The position numbers and the translations under genes were made by a program. From IMG/VR virus record IMGVR_UViG_3300005253_000015, positions 1-64,000 of that record: a DNA stretch of 64,000 nt; one strand, written 5' to 3'. The first letter of the stretch is position 1. Every line of letters starts with the position of its first letter. The stretch is from a virus. The notes below the pieces were generated by a model. It worked only from the letters and a program-made list of their open reading frames with translations, was not told the origin of the DNA and ran no database searches. This document shows positions 9,570 to 20,401 of this stretch, in pieces.

Positions 9570-11104
9570 AAATCCAACCTCATACTCTTCGGAATTTCCT
9601 TATTAGAAGTAGTTGGTCTAGCTCTATCCCTAGCCCAGAGTCTCATTTTACTAATTGGTTCTGCCATAGTTTTGCTTAGTGGAATTGACCTTTTAAGATT
9701 TGCCATTATATAATCTGTATCCAATTCAACTCCATCATCATACGCATCAAATAATCCAGAAACTATAGATGCCTCAATCTCAGCTCCACTGTATTGTACA
9801 GAATTATCAATTAATGAAGGTAAATCGAATTGTTCGAAATCTCTTTTTCTCTTTGTTAGATGGATTCTGAAAATATCAAACCGTTCATCTTCATTAGGAA
9901 GGTCAACAAAGAATATCTCATCTAATCTTCCTTTTCTTAATAATTCTGGTGGCAAATTAGTAATATCGTTCGCAGTGGCAACTACAAAAATAGGGGCTTG
10001 ATTTTCTTGTAGAAAGGTAAGGAAACTACCAATAACTCTAGATGTAGTACCACCATCGCTAAAATTAGAACTGCCACTACCCCCTAAAGCTTTCTCTATT
10101 TCATCAATCCATAAAACACATGGACTACAAGCCTTAGCCAACTGTATAGCAGCACTCATATTCCTCTCAGAGCTCCCAACTATTCCTTCAAAAATAGCAC
10201 TCATATCCATTCGTAGTAAGGGAAAGTTCCATACATTTGCAACAATCTTACAAATAAGGCTTTTTCCACACCCTTGAACTCCAAGCAGAAGCATACCCTT
10301 TGGATAAGGCAACCCAAAATCACGTGCCTTATCCGTAAACGCATTCTTCCTCTGAATTATCCATTTCATTAAAATATCATTGCCACCAACATCTTCAAGT
10401 GTATTAGTGGTATGAGTATATTCCAATATCCCAGTTTTACGTATTATTTGTTCTTTCTCCTTTATGATAGTATTAACTGAAAAATTTTTATTCTGTATCA
10501 ATGATTTATATAAAACATTCTCGATTTCATTAGTATTCAAGCCCATTAAAGCCTTTATTACATGCTCTCTTTTTCCATTAGTTTCAACCCTAGCGTCATC
10601 TTTAACACTTTCAGCTACAGTATTACAAATATCGTTAATTTCATCTTTATCTGGTAAAGGAAAATCAATAACAGTAATATCCTTTTCCAAGTCAGATGGT
10701 ATGCTAAGCTCTGGAGCAATAATAACAACGTTCTTCTGTACTAACTTTAATGATTTATTCAATTCCCTAAGATAACGTACTATCTCTGGGTTTGAATCTA
10801 TCATAAAAGCATGAAAGTCCAAAAGAATAAAAATACCCCTTTTCTTGATATTATTGATAAAATGTAATGCTTCAATAGGATTCATAGTTGCTGTGTTTAC
10901 CGTAGTTATATCTTTCAATTCCCGTATACCACATACCAAAGACCAAACATATATAGTAGGTGAATTCTCTATAGACCTTCTAGTGATATCATTAATACTC
11001 TGGATAACTCTATCTTCCTCACTAGATACCACATAAATTAACGGATATCTAGCTCTGATAAGTATATCAATCTCTTTTATCTCTTTCATTTTTTTTTCAT
11101 TCAT
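9566..11104 (-). CDS. Ycf46-like AAA+ ATPase
   Basis: Walker A GVQGCGKS, Walker B LWIDEIEK, ATAN..LPPELLRKGRLDEIFFVDLP; degenerate N-terminal AAA domain. Confidence 0.9.
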   Translation of the reverse strand: MNEKKMKEIKEIDILIRARYPLIYVVSSEEDRVIQSINDITRRSIENSPTIYVWSLVCGIRELKDITTVNTATMNPIEALHFINNIKKRGIFILLDFHAFMIDSNPEIVRYLRELNKSLKLVQKNVVIIAPELSIPSDLEKDITVIDFPLPDKDEINDICNTVAESVKDDARVETNGKREHVIKALMGLNTNEIENVLYKSLIQNKNFSVNTIIKEKEQIIRKTGILEYTHTTNTLEDVGGNDILMKWIIQRKNAFTDKARDFGLPYPKGMLLLGVQGCGKSLICKIVANVWNFPLLRMDMSAIFEGIVGSSERNMSAAIQLAKACSPCVLWIDEIEKALGGSGSSNFSDGGTTSRVIGSFLTFLQENQAPIFVVATANDITNLPPELLRKGRLDEIFFVDLPNEDERFDIFRIHLTKRKRDFEQFDLPSLIDNSVQYSGAEIEASIVSGLFDAYDDGVELDTDYIMANLKRSIPLSKTMAEPISKMRLWARDRARPTTSNKEIPKSMRLDL

Positions 11105-13149
11105 TTTTTTTGTTTGATTTTAATTTTTGTTAATATTTAAATTTATCGACAAAATTTATGTCTTGCCATCATACTAAATATGTCGCATTTGTTTATAAAT
11201 ATACGTTATTTATTATATAATTATATTATAGTTATCATAAGTTATAATAAAAAAAAAGTGTTAATTATTTAGGTTTATTATTTTTTTCTAATGTTCTATT
11301 AGCCTTTTTTAGACATCTTGGACAATACATTAATTATATCACCTTTATTTCTACTATTCCGAATACTCTATTACATTCAATACAAAAACATAACCAGAAT
11401 TCGTTGAACTTTTTCCAGTTCTCAACTGGTCTTAAACTCCCTTTACATTCTGGACAATCCATATTAATCTCCTTTGAAGTAATTGCATTGTTCATCCAGC
11501 AAATTAAATGCTTCCCTTACATCACTGATAGTACATTCACAAACTTCATATGGGTGTTCTTTGCCTAATATTTTTACATCTTCGCTTGTATTATAATCAA
11601 GATATGAACCAATTATCTCTTTAGCTCTACTAATTGGCATAGTCATTTTATTTATCACCATATAAATGAAGTAACACAAGATAGAACTCATAATGAGTCT
11701 TATTACTTCTACATAGTTTTGCTGTTAACTTAGTATGATATTTAACAGCCTTCCTCTGTGATTTATGATATTTAATAGCTTTCCATCCTCCATCAGTAAA
11801 GTCAAATCTATTAAGGGCATGATTTACATTTAGAGCTTCAATAAAATATATCGCTGTTTCATTCTCATCAATCTTACCAGTTATATTATGAGTATGAACT
11901 GCTGTAGATAAAAGCAAAACTGGTTTAGTAAATGTTGGTGGGGCATATGCAGAAATCAATCGCATTATATTACCCCCAGCTTAACCAACTTGCCAATAAT
12001 TATATTCTTACCATTTTCAAAGTTTTTCTTCATTATTATTATACCCCATTACTGATTTATTATTTTTTCCTAATGTTTTTACAAGTGTGCAATCATATAT
12101 AGTACCAAATACGCCACCATCCTGCTTACGTATCTCATTCCCAGTAATAATATAACTACCAAGCCCTAAGTCCTTTAGAACATCTGATATTGGGATAATA
12201 TGATAAGAGGACATATAAGGATTAAATATATTATTTCCCTCATCAACTTTAGCTTGTCCCTTAACCATGTCAACATCTAATACATCTACGATAATAAAAG
12301 CATTAGCAAACTGTCCACCACCGAGTAGTATGGCTTTCTTACCTATTTGCTGTTTAGCAAGTTCTAAGTATTCTTTATTTATTTCCATTATATTACCCCC
12401 AAATTGACTAATTTAGCCCATATAACATCCTTACCACCTTTAGACTCTAAAAACTTATCTAAACGTGTCATGACTTCCCAACAGAGATTACATTTGTCAT
12501 GAGCAATTGTATTAACTGGTTTTCCACAAATATGACAATTTGGGATACAATTACGGCAAAAAGAACCCATACCATTAGAAGTTCTTGGTACACCAATTAT
12601 TCCTTGTTTACAATTTCCACATTGCATTATTATAATCCCTCTAAACCATTTCTCTTAATAAAATCCTTAGTCCATTCTTTTAGGTCATTATCATTTTTAA
12701 TACCAAGCACTTCTCTTATAGTAACCTTTTCCCCAGCGTCAATTTTACGTTTAAGTTCTCTATTATCATCAGTTAGACCATCTTCTCCTATGAAATTAAA
12801 ATAGAATCTCGGCATATGCTGAAACATCATAATACCCTTACGATTATCAGACTTTCTAGTACAAGTTATATGGGGTGCTAGGAAGCTATGAACTTTAAAA
12901 TCTTTTTGAAGCTCTTGAGTATCCCATACTTGTCCGTATTTCTTTTCTAATTCTTCTCTATTCATATTCATAATCATCTCCGAATAGGTTTAAGTCCTTA
13001 GCTAAGTCCCAGTATTCTACTTTATCATCATCGTTAAGCTCGTTTATAACGTCTCCCCAATTTACTAATTCACAATACTTTTGTTTAGCTTTTGTTTCTA
13101 AGACCTTTATCCTATCCAACTTTTCTTTTTTATTCATATTATTCACTCC

Positions 13150-13181
13150 CACTAAAGAAGTATTGAAGCCTCAATTCAGTG
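13150..13181 (-). promoter_or_regulatory. conserved bulged leader hairpin, copy 1
   Basis: CACTGAA-TT-GAGG-loop-CTTC-TTTAGTG before the RBS. Confidence 0.55.
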
Positions 13182-13230
13182 TTAATTGTCTTATCATAAT
13201 AAAAAAAAGAGATTTATTATTAATTTATAT

Positions 13231-13770
13231 TTACTTTACTGTATGGTCTGGTTTGCCTTTCCTATCTGGAATATCTTTACCACTAACAAAATCAAGTCCA
13301 GCACTATTAAGCATCTGTCCAGTGAATTTTATAACGCCATCTGATTGCTCCTTACTTTCAGTTAATACTTCATCATCCATACTATCCCAATAATCTGCAT
13401 CATCATGAACTTTATCGAGTATTCCATGTCTTTCACAAACCTTCAACATACTACAAACAATTTTATGGCATTTCATAAAGTCTTCTGCATACTGAGTCTT
13501 AGTAAATTCGTGGGATGTCCATAGATTAATTCCTCTATGGAATAGCATTACAGTAAACCATTCAGAGCCCTTCATTACATTAACTTCGAATCCGATTCCC
13601 TTATTTGCTTTCCACCCAATATCACAATCACTAGCCTTATCGTCCATATGAACTTTAGATATACTTATTATATCCATAGGCTTTATTACCTCATATATTA
13701 ACTCCAATCTTGACAATAATTCTTTTCCAGAACCATTGAATTTGAAGTCAAAATGTATTGTTATGCCCAT
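13231..13770 (-). CDS. conserved phage/plasmid hypothetical protein
   Basis: MG.TIH...FTKTQYA......H...C.ML......V.DD.DYW. Confidence 0.55.
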   Translation of the reverse strand: MGITIHFDFKFNGSGKELLSRLELIYEVIKPMDIISISKVHMDDKASDCDIGWKANKGIGFEVNVMKGSEWFTVMLFHRGINLWTSHEFTKTQYAEDFMKCHKIVCSMLKVCERHGILDKVHDDADYWDSMDDEVLTESKEQSDGVIKFTGQMLNSAGLDFVSGKDIPDRKGKPDHTVK

Positions 13771-13800
13771 ATTTTTCTCTTCACAATTCTTTTATCTTTC

Positions 13801-13833
13801 CACTAATGAAACCATTACATTTCAAAATTAGTG
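13801..13833 (-). promoter_or_regulatory. conserved bulged leader hairpin, copy 2
   Basis: CACTAAT-TTT-GAAA-loop-TTTC-ATTAGTG. Confidence 0.55.
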
Positions 13834-13886
13834 TTATTTGTTGTATTTTATTAAGAAAACTTAAAAAAAATGAAAAAAAGTTAAAT

Positions 13887-15194
13887 TTATATTACTAAGT
13901 GTCTAATCGCAATAGTACCATCTTTATACCTAACGGCATATCTACTAAGATTATGACTCCCATTCCATCCACTACAAAATTTATGTACCCAATCAAGAAA
14001 GTATGTATATTCAATACCCTCTGAGATATACGCCTTAATTAAAGTAGAATGTCCATACCTACCTCTATCATCTAATCTGCTCCAAGATACTAAATCCTTA
14101 GACCATAGATATGGTAAATAATCTACATAATCAGATACAACAGAAACATCATGGTCTCTTAACTGTCTTAACCATCTACGATACTGCAAGTTATTTCCAT
14201 ATATCTTTCTCTCCCAATAACTACGCCTTCTCTGATATGCCTTCCATTCTGTATCACTTTTTCTATCACGCCCAGCATTACGATTCCAATAATTATCATA
14301 CTCCGTCAACCCTAATATAATCTTTGCTAAACGGTCATCTTTGGCTTTAACATATTGGTAAACATCTCTTATGAATATATCCATATTAGCACATACTCTT
14401 AAATGATATAATGCACGAAGGAATATAGAATTATTCGCATTTTCCATATCAATATTATATAAACGGATACAACCAAATACTATTTCTCGATAACTATTCA
14501 TTACAAACTCTTTTCTCTCACGTGTTTTATATTCCTTCCACATAGTATCAAGATGAGTCAATAAGCTATGAAATATATGTATATCCTTATGACATAATTC
14601 TTTTAATAATGGCATAGCTAAGTTACTATGTAGCACATTCGGGTTGTATTTATTCTCAACCCAAGCTTGAATATTACTACAATGCCCCCAAAACTCTGTT
14701 TCTGGTGGTATAAGATGCTCTTCACTATTATCAGTGACTTCCATCTCACCTGAATACTTTCTTTGAAACTCATCTATATTTACACAATTCTCATCCTCAG
14801 CTTCCATAGTTGGTATATTTATGAGCAAAAACATACATTGGAAAAATCTTTTACCGTTAATGAATATGTCTGTCCTATCTCCAATAAGACGTAAGTCAAT
14901 AAACTCATTAATAACATACTTCTTGAACTCTGTTTTATTATAACATGTCTTACAATAAGGTTCACCTTCATAACCGTATTTAATATCACCAAGCATATTA
15001 TAACTAATCTGACATTTAGTACATAGTACATGTTCGTCCTTTCTCTTATTATAACATTTATGACATATAACTGTGCCATGCCCTATATCATTAACGTAAT
15101 ATACATTATCTTTATGGAAAGACAATCGACAGTAATGACAGATTACCCAATCAGAATCACTATTACCATTTACGTCCTTAATTATTTCTTCCAT
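13887..15194 (-). CDS. Zn-finger protein fused to a domain of a Lokiarchaeia-expanded protein family
   Basis: Four CxxC pairs, then INEFIDLRL...T.IFING..F.QC.FLLINIP...IDE...IPPETEFWGHCSNIQAW.EN.Y...LHSNLA.PLLK.L. Confidence 0.7.
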   Translation of the reverse strand: MEEIIKDVNGNSDSDWVICHYCRLSFHKDNVYYVNDIGHGTVICHKCYNKRKDEHVLCTKCQISYNMLGDIKYGYEGEPYCKTCYNKTEFKKYVINEFIDLRLIGDRTDIFINGKRFFQCMFLLINIPTMEAEDENCVNIDEFQRKYSGEMEVTDNSEEHLIPPETEFWGHCSNIQAWVENKYNPNVLHSNLAMPLLKELCHKDIHIFHSLLTHLDTMWKEYKTRERKEFVMNSYREIVFGCIRLYNIDMENANNSIFLRALYHLRVCANMDIFIRDVYQYVKAKDDRLAKIILGLTEYDNYWNRNAGRDRKSDTEWKAYQRRRSYWERKIYGNNLQYRRWLRQLRDHDVSVVSDYVDYLPYLWSKDLVSWSRLDDRGRYGHSTLIKAYISEGIEYTYFLDWVHKFCSGWNGSHNLSRYAVRYKDGTIAIRHLVI

Positions 15195-15399
15195 TTCATT
15201 ACGCTCTCTTTAATTTAATGTATAACTATAAATACTCCATAAAACCAATCAGAATTGCTAAATAGCTCATCCTTTTGTCTTATATTCGGAGTTGGATATA
15301 AGATACCAAAAAAACGATTACTTATTAATTATAATTTTAATGCTTTTAATACTGCTAGACCCTTATAATCTAAAAATGTATGTTGCTTTTTAATTACTC

Positions 15400-15657
15400 T
15401 CAAATTCCAAAGTGTCTATAACTCCTTATTATTGATTTATCGACATATTCTTCTTCAATAAACTGAAACGATATTCCTAATTCCTTCAGCTTATCACAGT
15501 ACGTTGATAAGTCGCAATCTTCTTCCAGATAGGCAAACTTATCTTTCATATATGAATATTGACTAATATTTTTTTCAATACCTAACTCCTTCAGTCTTGA
15601 AATAAGGACTTTAGCCCATCCATGTCCTGCATCTGTATATAAATGAATTACTTCCAT
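15400..15657 (-). CDS. conserved phage hypothetical protein
   Basis: TDAGHGWAKV...IS.YSY.....YLEEDCD. Confidence 0.55.
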   Translation of the reverse strand: MEVIHLYTDAGHGWAKVLISRLKELGIEKNISQYSYMKDKFAYLEEDCDLSTYCDKLKELGISFQFIEEEYVDKSIIRSYRHFGI

Positions 15658-15801
15658 TATTCATCAATTATAGTTATTTCTATTTTGTTTTCATATTCAG
15701 AAACATTGAAACTAACATTACCCTTTATATTATTTATAATATTCTCCAAATATTCTAATAATTCCTTCTTGTTTATCATATCTAACTTCTCTTTTATTCC
15801 T

Positions 15802-15834
15802 TACCGAGGAGCATTTGAAAGCCCATGCTCGGTA
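15802..15834 (-). promoter_or_regulatory. conserved bulged leader hairpin, copy 3
   Basis: TACCGAG-CAT-GGGC-loop-GCTC-CTCGGTA. Confidence 0.6.
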
Positions 15835-15857
15835 TTATGTAATAAAAAAAATTAGAG

Positions 15858-16406
15858 TTATCTTTGAGTTTTAATATCATCAGTTAAGTCTATTATGGAC
15901 ATGATAGGCTTATGAGGACGGTCAAAATATTTCATAGAATGAAGTATATCACCTATATCTGGTGGACAATCCATTCTCAATAATAAATGTCCTTTCCAAT
16001 ATATTAGAAAACTAGCCTGACTACTTAAACTATGACAGTCACTCCATATAGATACATTATATTTATCTCTTAGTATATTTGCATTTATAATATAACGGTC
16101 AAAAACGATTCGATGAACCCTATAATATATTATACCCTCAGAATTAAGTTGCTCATTAGTTATCAATGCTAATCTAACAAATATATCCTTATAATCCTCG
16201 ATAAAGTCTTCTCTGTCACATTCTTCATCTGGGCTATATCCTATTGTTGATTCTGCGTAATGCCTTAGGCTTTCTACATAGTCAATCTTATTTGATATAT
16301 CAGAGTCTGTTTTACGTACACATGTATTATCTAAGTTTATAATCACATCATAAAGACATGAGCATAGATTTATATCTTTTTCTTGGTCTAATTGTTTATT
16401 TGACAT
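15858..16406 (-). CDS. hypothetical protein
   Basis: 182-aa ORF just downstream of hairpin copy 4. Confidence 0.5.
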   Translation of the reverse strand: MSNKQLDQEKDINLCSCLYDVIINLDNTCVRKTDSDISNKIDYVESLRHYAESTIGYSPDEECDREDFIEDYKDIFVRLALITNEQLNSEGIIYYRVHRIVFDRYIINANILRDKYNVSIWSDCHSLSSQASFLIYWKGHLLLRMDCPPDIGDILHSMKYFDRPHKPIMSIIDLTDDIKTQR

Positions 16407-16419
16407 ACTAATTAAATCC

Positions 16420-16452
16420 TACTGAAGAAGCTATGAGACTTCATATTCAGTA
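16420..16452 (-). promoter_or_regulatory. conserved bulged leader hairpin, copy 4
   Basis: TACTGAA-TAT-GAAGT-loop-GCTTC-TTCAGTA. Confidence 0.6.
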
Positions 16453-16521
16453 TTATTTGTTTTATCATTATTATAATAAAAAAAAGGTATTAAATTTAGT
16501 CTATAATAGTTAGGTTTAACA

Positions 16522-16919
16522 TTATGTAAATGGTTTACCACATACCTCGCAAAAGCCTCTATTACCAATAGGACACTTAGCCAAATCATCACAACCAGAA
16601 CAATCGAATAGAGTTATCATATATTCAGAACATTTATGTTTGGATTTTGGCAATAACAACTTCTTATAATCTGGTGTACCTTCTAATACTGAAAGGTATT
16701 CACGCAAGATATCACTTATCGAATCAATTACTTTATCCATATTTATATCTAATTTCTTATCGTCAATATGATATAATCTAAAAGATAAAATAATACGCAA
16801 TTTGCGAAGTATCTCAAACTTATACGCATTTGGAGTATATCCTGCAAGAGCTTCAACAAGAGCCTTACCTTTATCCAGATGGCTTAAATTCGACAACAGT
16901 TTATTTAATTCTACATTCA
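16522..16919 (-). CDS. hypothetical protein with C-terminal Cys cluster
   Basis: The ORF-track start (16959) lies inside hairpin 5, so the ATG at 16919 is more likely; CSGC..C..CEVC. Confidence 0.5.
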
Positions 16920-16935
16920 TTTTGTTTACTCTCAC

Positions 16936-16966
16936 ACCGAAGAGCATTCGAAAGCTCATATTCGGT
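16936..16966 (-). promoter_or_regulatory. conserved bulged leader hairpin, copy 5
   Basis: ACCGAA-TAT-GAGC-loop-GCTC-TTCGGT. Confidence 0.6.
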
Positions 16967-18048
16967 ATTACGTAATAAAAAAAAGAATAGTTTATATAGA
17001 AGTAACTCCAACTGAGAGCTCAATCTCTCTATTATGCTTTACTATCTTTTCAATAATTCGTCTTTCCTTGCGAAGTATTCTCAAATTGTACTTGTTGCTC
17101 ATAATAAGACCAAGAAGTAATTCTTTTTCATCATTATTAACTTCATTAAGATAATTCTGAATAAGAAGTTTGAGTTTACCCTTACAATCGAAAATCTTAA
17201 TATCGAAAGTATTCAAACCGTTTCGTGTAGTTCTCATAACTCATCACATATCTAAAATTTTTTTTGGTTTAAAAAATGGTTTAAATTGGATTAAAAATCG
17301 ATTAAATTTAAAGTTTACTAAAAAATCAAACCGAAGGTAAGCCAGATAAATGTTTCGGCAGAGTAGAGTAAACGGAAGGCAGTTAGAGATACGATTTGGC
17401 AGTAATGATTTCTTAAACGAAGTACAAATAGGGGAAAGAACAACACACCCCTTAATACCAAATAAGTAACCATTTATATCAATAATCAATTCTAAATTCC
17501 AACTAACCTAATATAATTATGTAATTTAACCATAACCGTAATTAAATCATTCTTTATTATCTTAATTATCATAACCTAACCTTTAACTAACCACAAATTA
17601 ATGTATATATATAAATACATACCCATAAATGTAATTTTCACTAAATAGTGACCTCTAGAAAAGAAAGTTACTAAATTTGAATTGTTCTTACAATCAATCA
17701 TCATTTATACTCTATTAGCTTACTTATCAGAGTAAAAAAAATTAGGTTTGAAAGGAAAATCCGACAAATAAAACGTATTTTTAATCGATTTTAAAGGGAA
17801 TTTGAAGGCATTTTTTTGGATAAATAGGTAAAAATATTGAGAAAAATTTAATAGCGAAATAATCAATTTTTTTGATGTTTTAGGAAAATTATGGTTTAAA
17901 ATGCCAAATTTTAGGAGTTTAAAGGAAAAAAAGTCAAAACAATAATCAGATAATAAACCAAGCATAATTTAACACATTTCAATTTTAAGCATGATTAGAA
18001 AGAATAAAAAAAAGAGTTAAGATTTGATTACTAAATAGAAAGGTCGTT

Positions 18049-18405
18049 TTAAATCGATAAAACGTTATCAGAATCCAAGTTATCTGAATTGAAAACAACT
18101 TTTGCAATTGCAGTTAAAAAATCAATTTGTTTAACCCAATTATTAATCATTTGTCCCTTCACGTGACCAAATTGTTCAGAACTCTTGATTGTAAAACCCG
18201 TCCGCTGTTTTCCGTCCGTATATTGAAATAACGGATTCCCATCTGAATCTTTACATAAAAAGATTCCACTTAGTTTCTTAATAGGGATTTTTTTCCATTC
18301 GAACTTCCCTTTCTTTGTCCCTTCAGTAATGACTTTTTGCTCTTCCTTAAGGAATTTAAGAATTAAATCCTTACGTTCCTTACTCAAGATAGGTTGATTT
18401 ACCAT
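18049..18405 (-). CDS. hypothetical protein
   Basis: 118-aa ORF within a largely non-coding region. Confidence 0.5.
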   Translation of the reverse strand: MVNQPILSKERKDLILKFLKEEQKVITEGTKKGKFEWKKIPIKKLSGIFLCKDSDGNPLFQYTDGKQRTGFTIKSSEQFGHVKGQMINNWVKQIDFLTAIAKVVFNSDNLDSDNVLSI

Positions 18406-18875
18406 TTTTCATTCACTTTTTTTTTTTCAAGTTTTTTTTGTTGCCCGTTAAAATCTCACGTGCCTTTTAAAGTTTTCGATTTTTCGATACACCACCTTTT
18501 TGATTTTCAAGTCCCAGCTGTGCTATTTAGCAATAATTAAATTTAGAGTGTATATATAGTTATACATTAAATTATGAAGGTTATTAGGTTTAATTAAGGT
18601 TAACGGGGGGTGGGTAATTAAATTACCTTATCCATCCGACCCAAATTATATTAACCCTTCGTCCCAATAAATGTTATATGATATTTCAGATGTATAACCG
18701 AACCTATATTTTAAGTTTAGTTGGAAAATCTTTCGAGGGTTCTCGGTTAATTATATGAAAGTAAATAACCTCTCCATGCCCAACTCTCTGGTTATGTTTA
18801 GGATATAATTAGAAGGAAAAATTATCCGACCATAACCATAAATTTATAAATTTCATATGAATAGTATTAATTATT

Positions 18876-19172
18876 ATGACCGATATTGATTATAGTATAT
18901 TAGATAAAAATACGGCTAAAATTCTCGCTGAAGCACATAAATCAGTAGAAGGTGTTGATTTAAAACAACTTCAAATAACCAAAAAGAAGCTCGGATTAAT
19001 TAAAAACATCATCAGCGATATATATAAAATTAAAGAGTGTTGTGGAGAAAAAAGGGGTATTGACCCATTAATGATGTTGATGATGATGAATAATATGAAG
19101 AGTGGAGAATCGATGGAAGTTCTATTAGAGAAAGCTAAAACCCTCTTGAAAAAGGATGGACTTCCAACATAG
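18876..19172 (+). CDS. hypothetical protein with GIDPLMMLMMM motif
   Basis: Leaderless after TTTATAAA; motif shared with 39342..40643. Confidence 0.5.
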   Translation: MTDIDYSILDKNTAKILAEAHKSVEGVDLKQLQITKKKLGLIKNIISDIYKIKECCGEKRGIDPLMMLMMMNNMKSGESMEVLLEKAKTLLKKDGLPT

Positions 19173-19419
19173 TAATATGCCAAAAAATTTTGATGATTTT
19201 GATGAACCAAGTTATGATGATTTTATAGAAAGATACACACCCATAATAGAAAACATCAAAACTATATTAAAAACTGTTGACCTTAATGCAGTAGCAGAAT
19301 TATTTGAAACCTTTAGGTCACTCATGAAACATATAGACATATCAAAAGAACAACTATTAGAGATACTTGAACATTTTACCCAACATGGTGAACAGTTTAA
19401 AAAAGAGAAAATATGTTAA
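19156..19419 (+). CDS. helical hypothetical protein, paralog of 20147..20353
   Basis: S.DD..E...P...N.K.ILKT.D....ELF..DIS shared between the two. Confidence 0.55.
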   Translation: MDFQHSNMPKNFDDFDEPSYDDFIERYTPIIENIKTILKTVDLNAVAELFETFRSLMKHIDISKEQLLEILEHFTQHGEQFKKEKIC

Positions 19420-19757
19420 TTAATTGTTATTGCTATAACTTTACCATCCGCATTCTTTATTAATGCTATCCTATCAAATAAATCAGGATTGTTATCAATT
19501 ATTATATTTGCCATACTTTTATCCATCTTTATAGTATTAATGGTACGAAGCCTCACTGGGCTATTATATTTCTCATTTTGTCGTCCTTTTTTACCTAAAG
19601 CATAAGGCATCATAAGTAATACTTCTTTAAGTGCATTGATAATAACACTAATAACTCCCATAAAATCTTCATCCCCCTCTACAGTAAAAGTTGAATGCTT
19701 TGTTTCAGAATCAGTTTTTTGTGATATATTAAATTCCATAATAATTAAATAATTGTA

Positions 19758-19773
19758 TGTTAACTTTATAAAT
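19758..19773 (-). promoter_or_regulatory. TATA promoter TTTATAAAGTTAACA (also near 20037-20051 and 25444-25458)
   Basis: Same motif a short distance upstream of three minus-strand starts (19739, 20016, 25429). Confidence 0.55.
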
Positions 19774-20146
19774 TTTGACCTTCGTTAAAAATTAAAAAAA
19801 ATTTTATTCAATACCTAATTTTGATTTTATTTTATTCATGGCTTCAGATATTGCATTAAACTGTTCTGATACATATTTCTTTACCTTACTTCTATCAATA
19901 AGATGATAAATAATACTAACTCGGAGTATTGTTGCATAGAAATCATCAATTAAAGTACGGAAGTTAGTAATTTCGTCTTTAAACTCTTTAACAAACCCTT
20001 CTTTAGAAACAGACATAATTATTTATTAGTTATTATGTTAACTTTATAAATTCTTTCAAATTCCACGAAATTCCAAACAATTATTGATAATTCCAAATAA
20101 TTATTAAGTTAAGTTTAAAATGTTCTTATGATTAATTTTAATTGTT

Positions 20147-20353
20147 ATGTTAGATATAGATGATGATTTTAGTTTTGAGGACTATACAGAAAAGCTTAGT
20201 CCAGTAATGAAGAATCTTAAGGAAATATTAAAAACCATTGATATTAAAACATTAGTAGAGTTATTTGATAATTTAATATCATTTATAAAATTTGTAGATA
20301 TTTCAAGAGACACTCTAATAGAGGCACTCGAAATGTTTAAGAAATCTAAGTAA
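20147..20353 (+). CDS. helical hypothetical protein, paralog of 19156..19419
   Basis: Alignment by eye. Confidence 0.55.
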   Translation: MLDIDDDFSFEDYTEKLSPVMKNLKEILKTIDIKTLVELFDNLISFIKFVDISRDTLIEALEMFKKSK

Positions 20354-20361
20354 TTTATCCG

Positions 20362-20385
20362 ACCTTAAATTTTTTATATCCAAAA
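20362..20385 (+). promoter_or_regulatory. BRE-TATA promoter ACCTTAAATTTTTTATATCCAAAA (exact copy at 20920-20943)
   Basis: 24-bp exact repeat with the TATA about 25 nt before ATG 20402 and ATG 20961; related CCTWAAW-T-rich motifs near 25528, 42531, 49112 and 60359. Confidence 0.65.
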
Positions 20386-20401
20386 GATAAGTATTATTTA
20401 T

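Noticed and set aside
9903-9922. Possible self-target of the 3588 guide unit (TCAACAAAG-aa-TATCTCAtc), and a similar partial match of the 3624 unit at 18611-18633
   Set aside because: The half-sites are gapped by 2 and 5 nt and mismatched, which is plausible by chance in AT-rich DNA. I found no perfect 18-mer by eye, but the search was not exhaustive.
13150-16966. Integron attC sites or kink-turns for the repeated hairpins
   Set aside because: They are too short for attC, lack RYYYAAC/GTTRRRY boxes and have no integrase nearby. They also lack the tandem G-A pairs of a K-turn.
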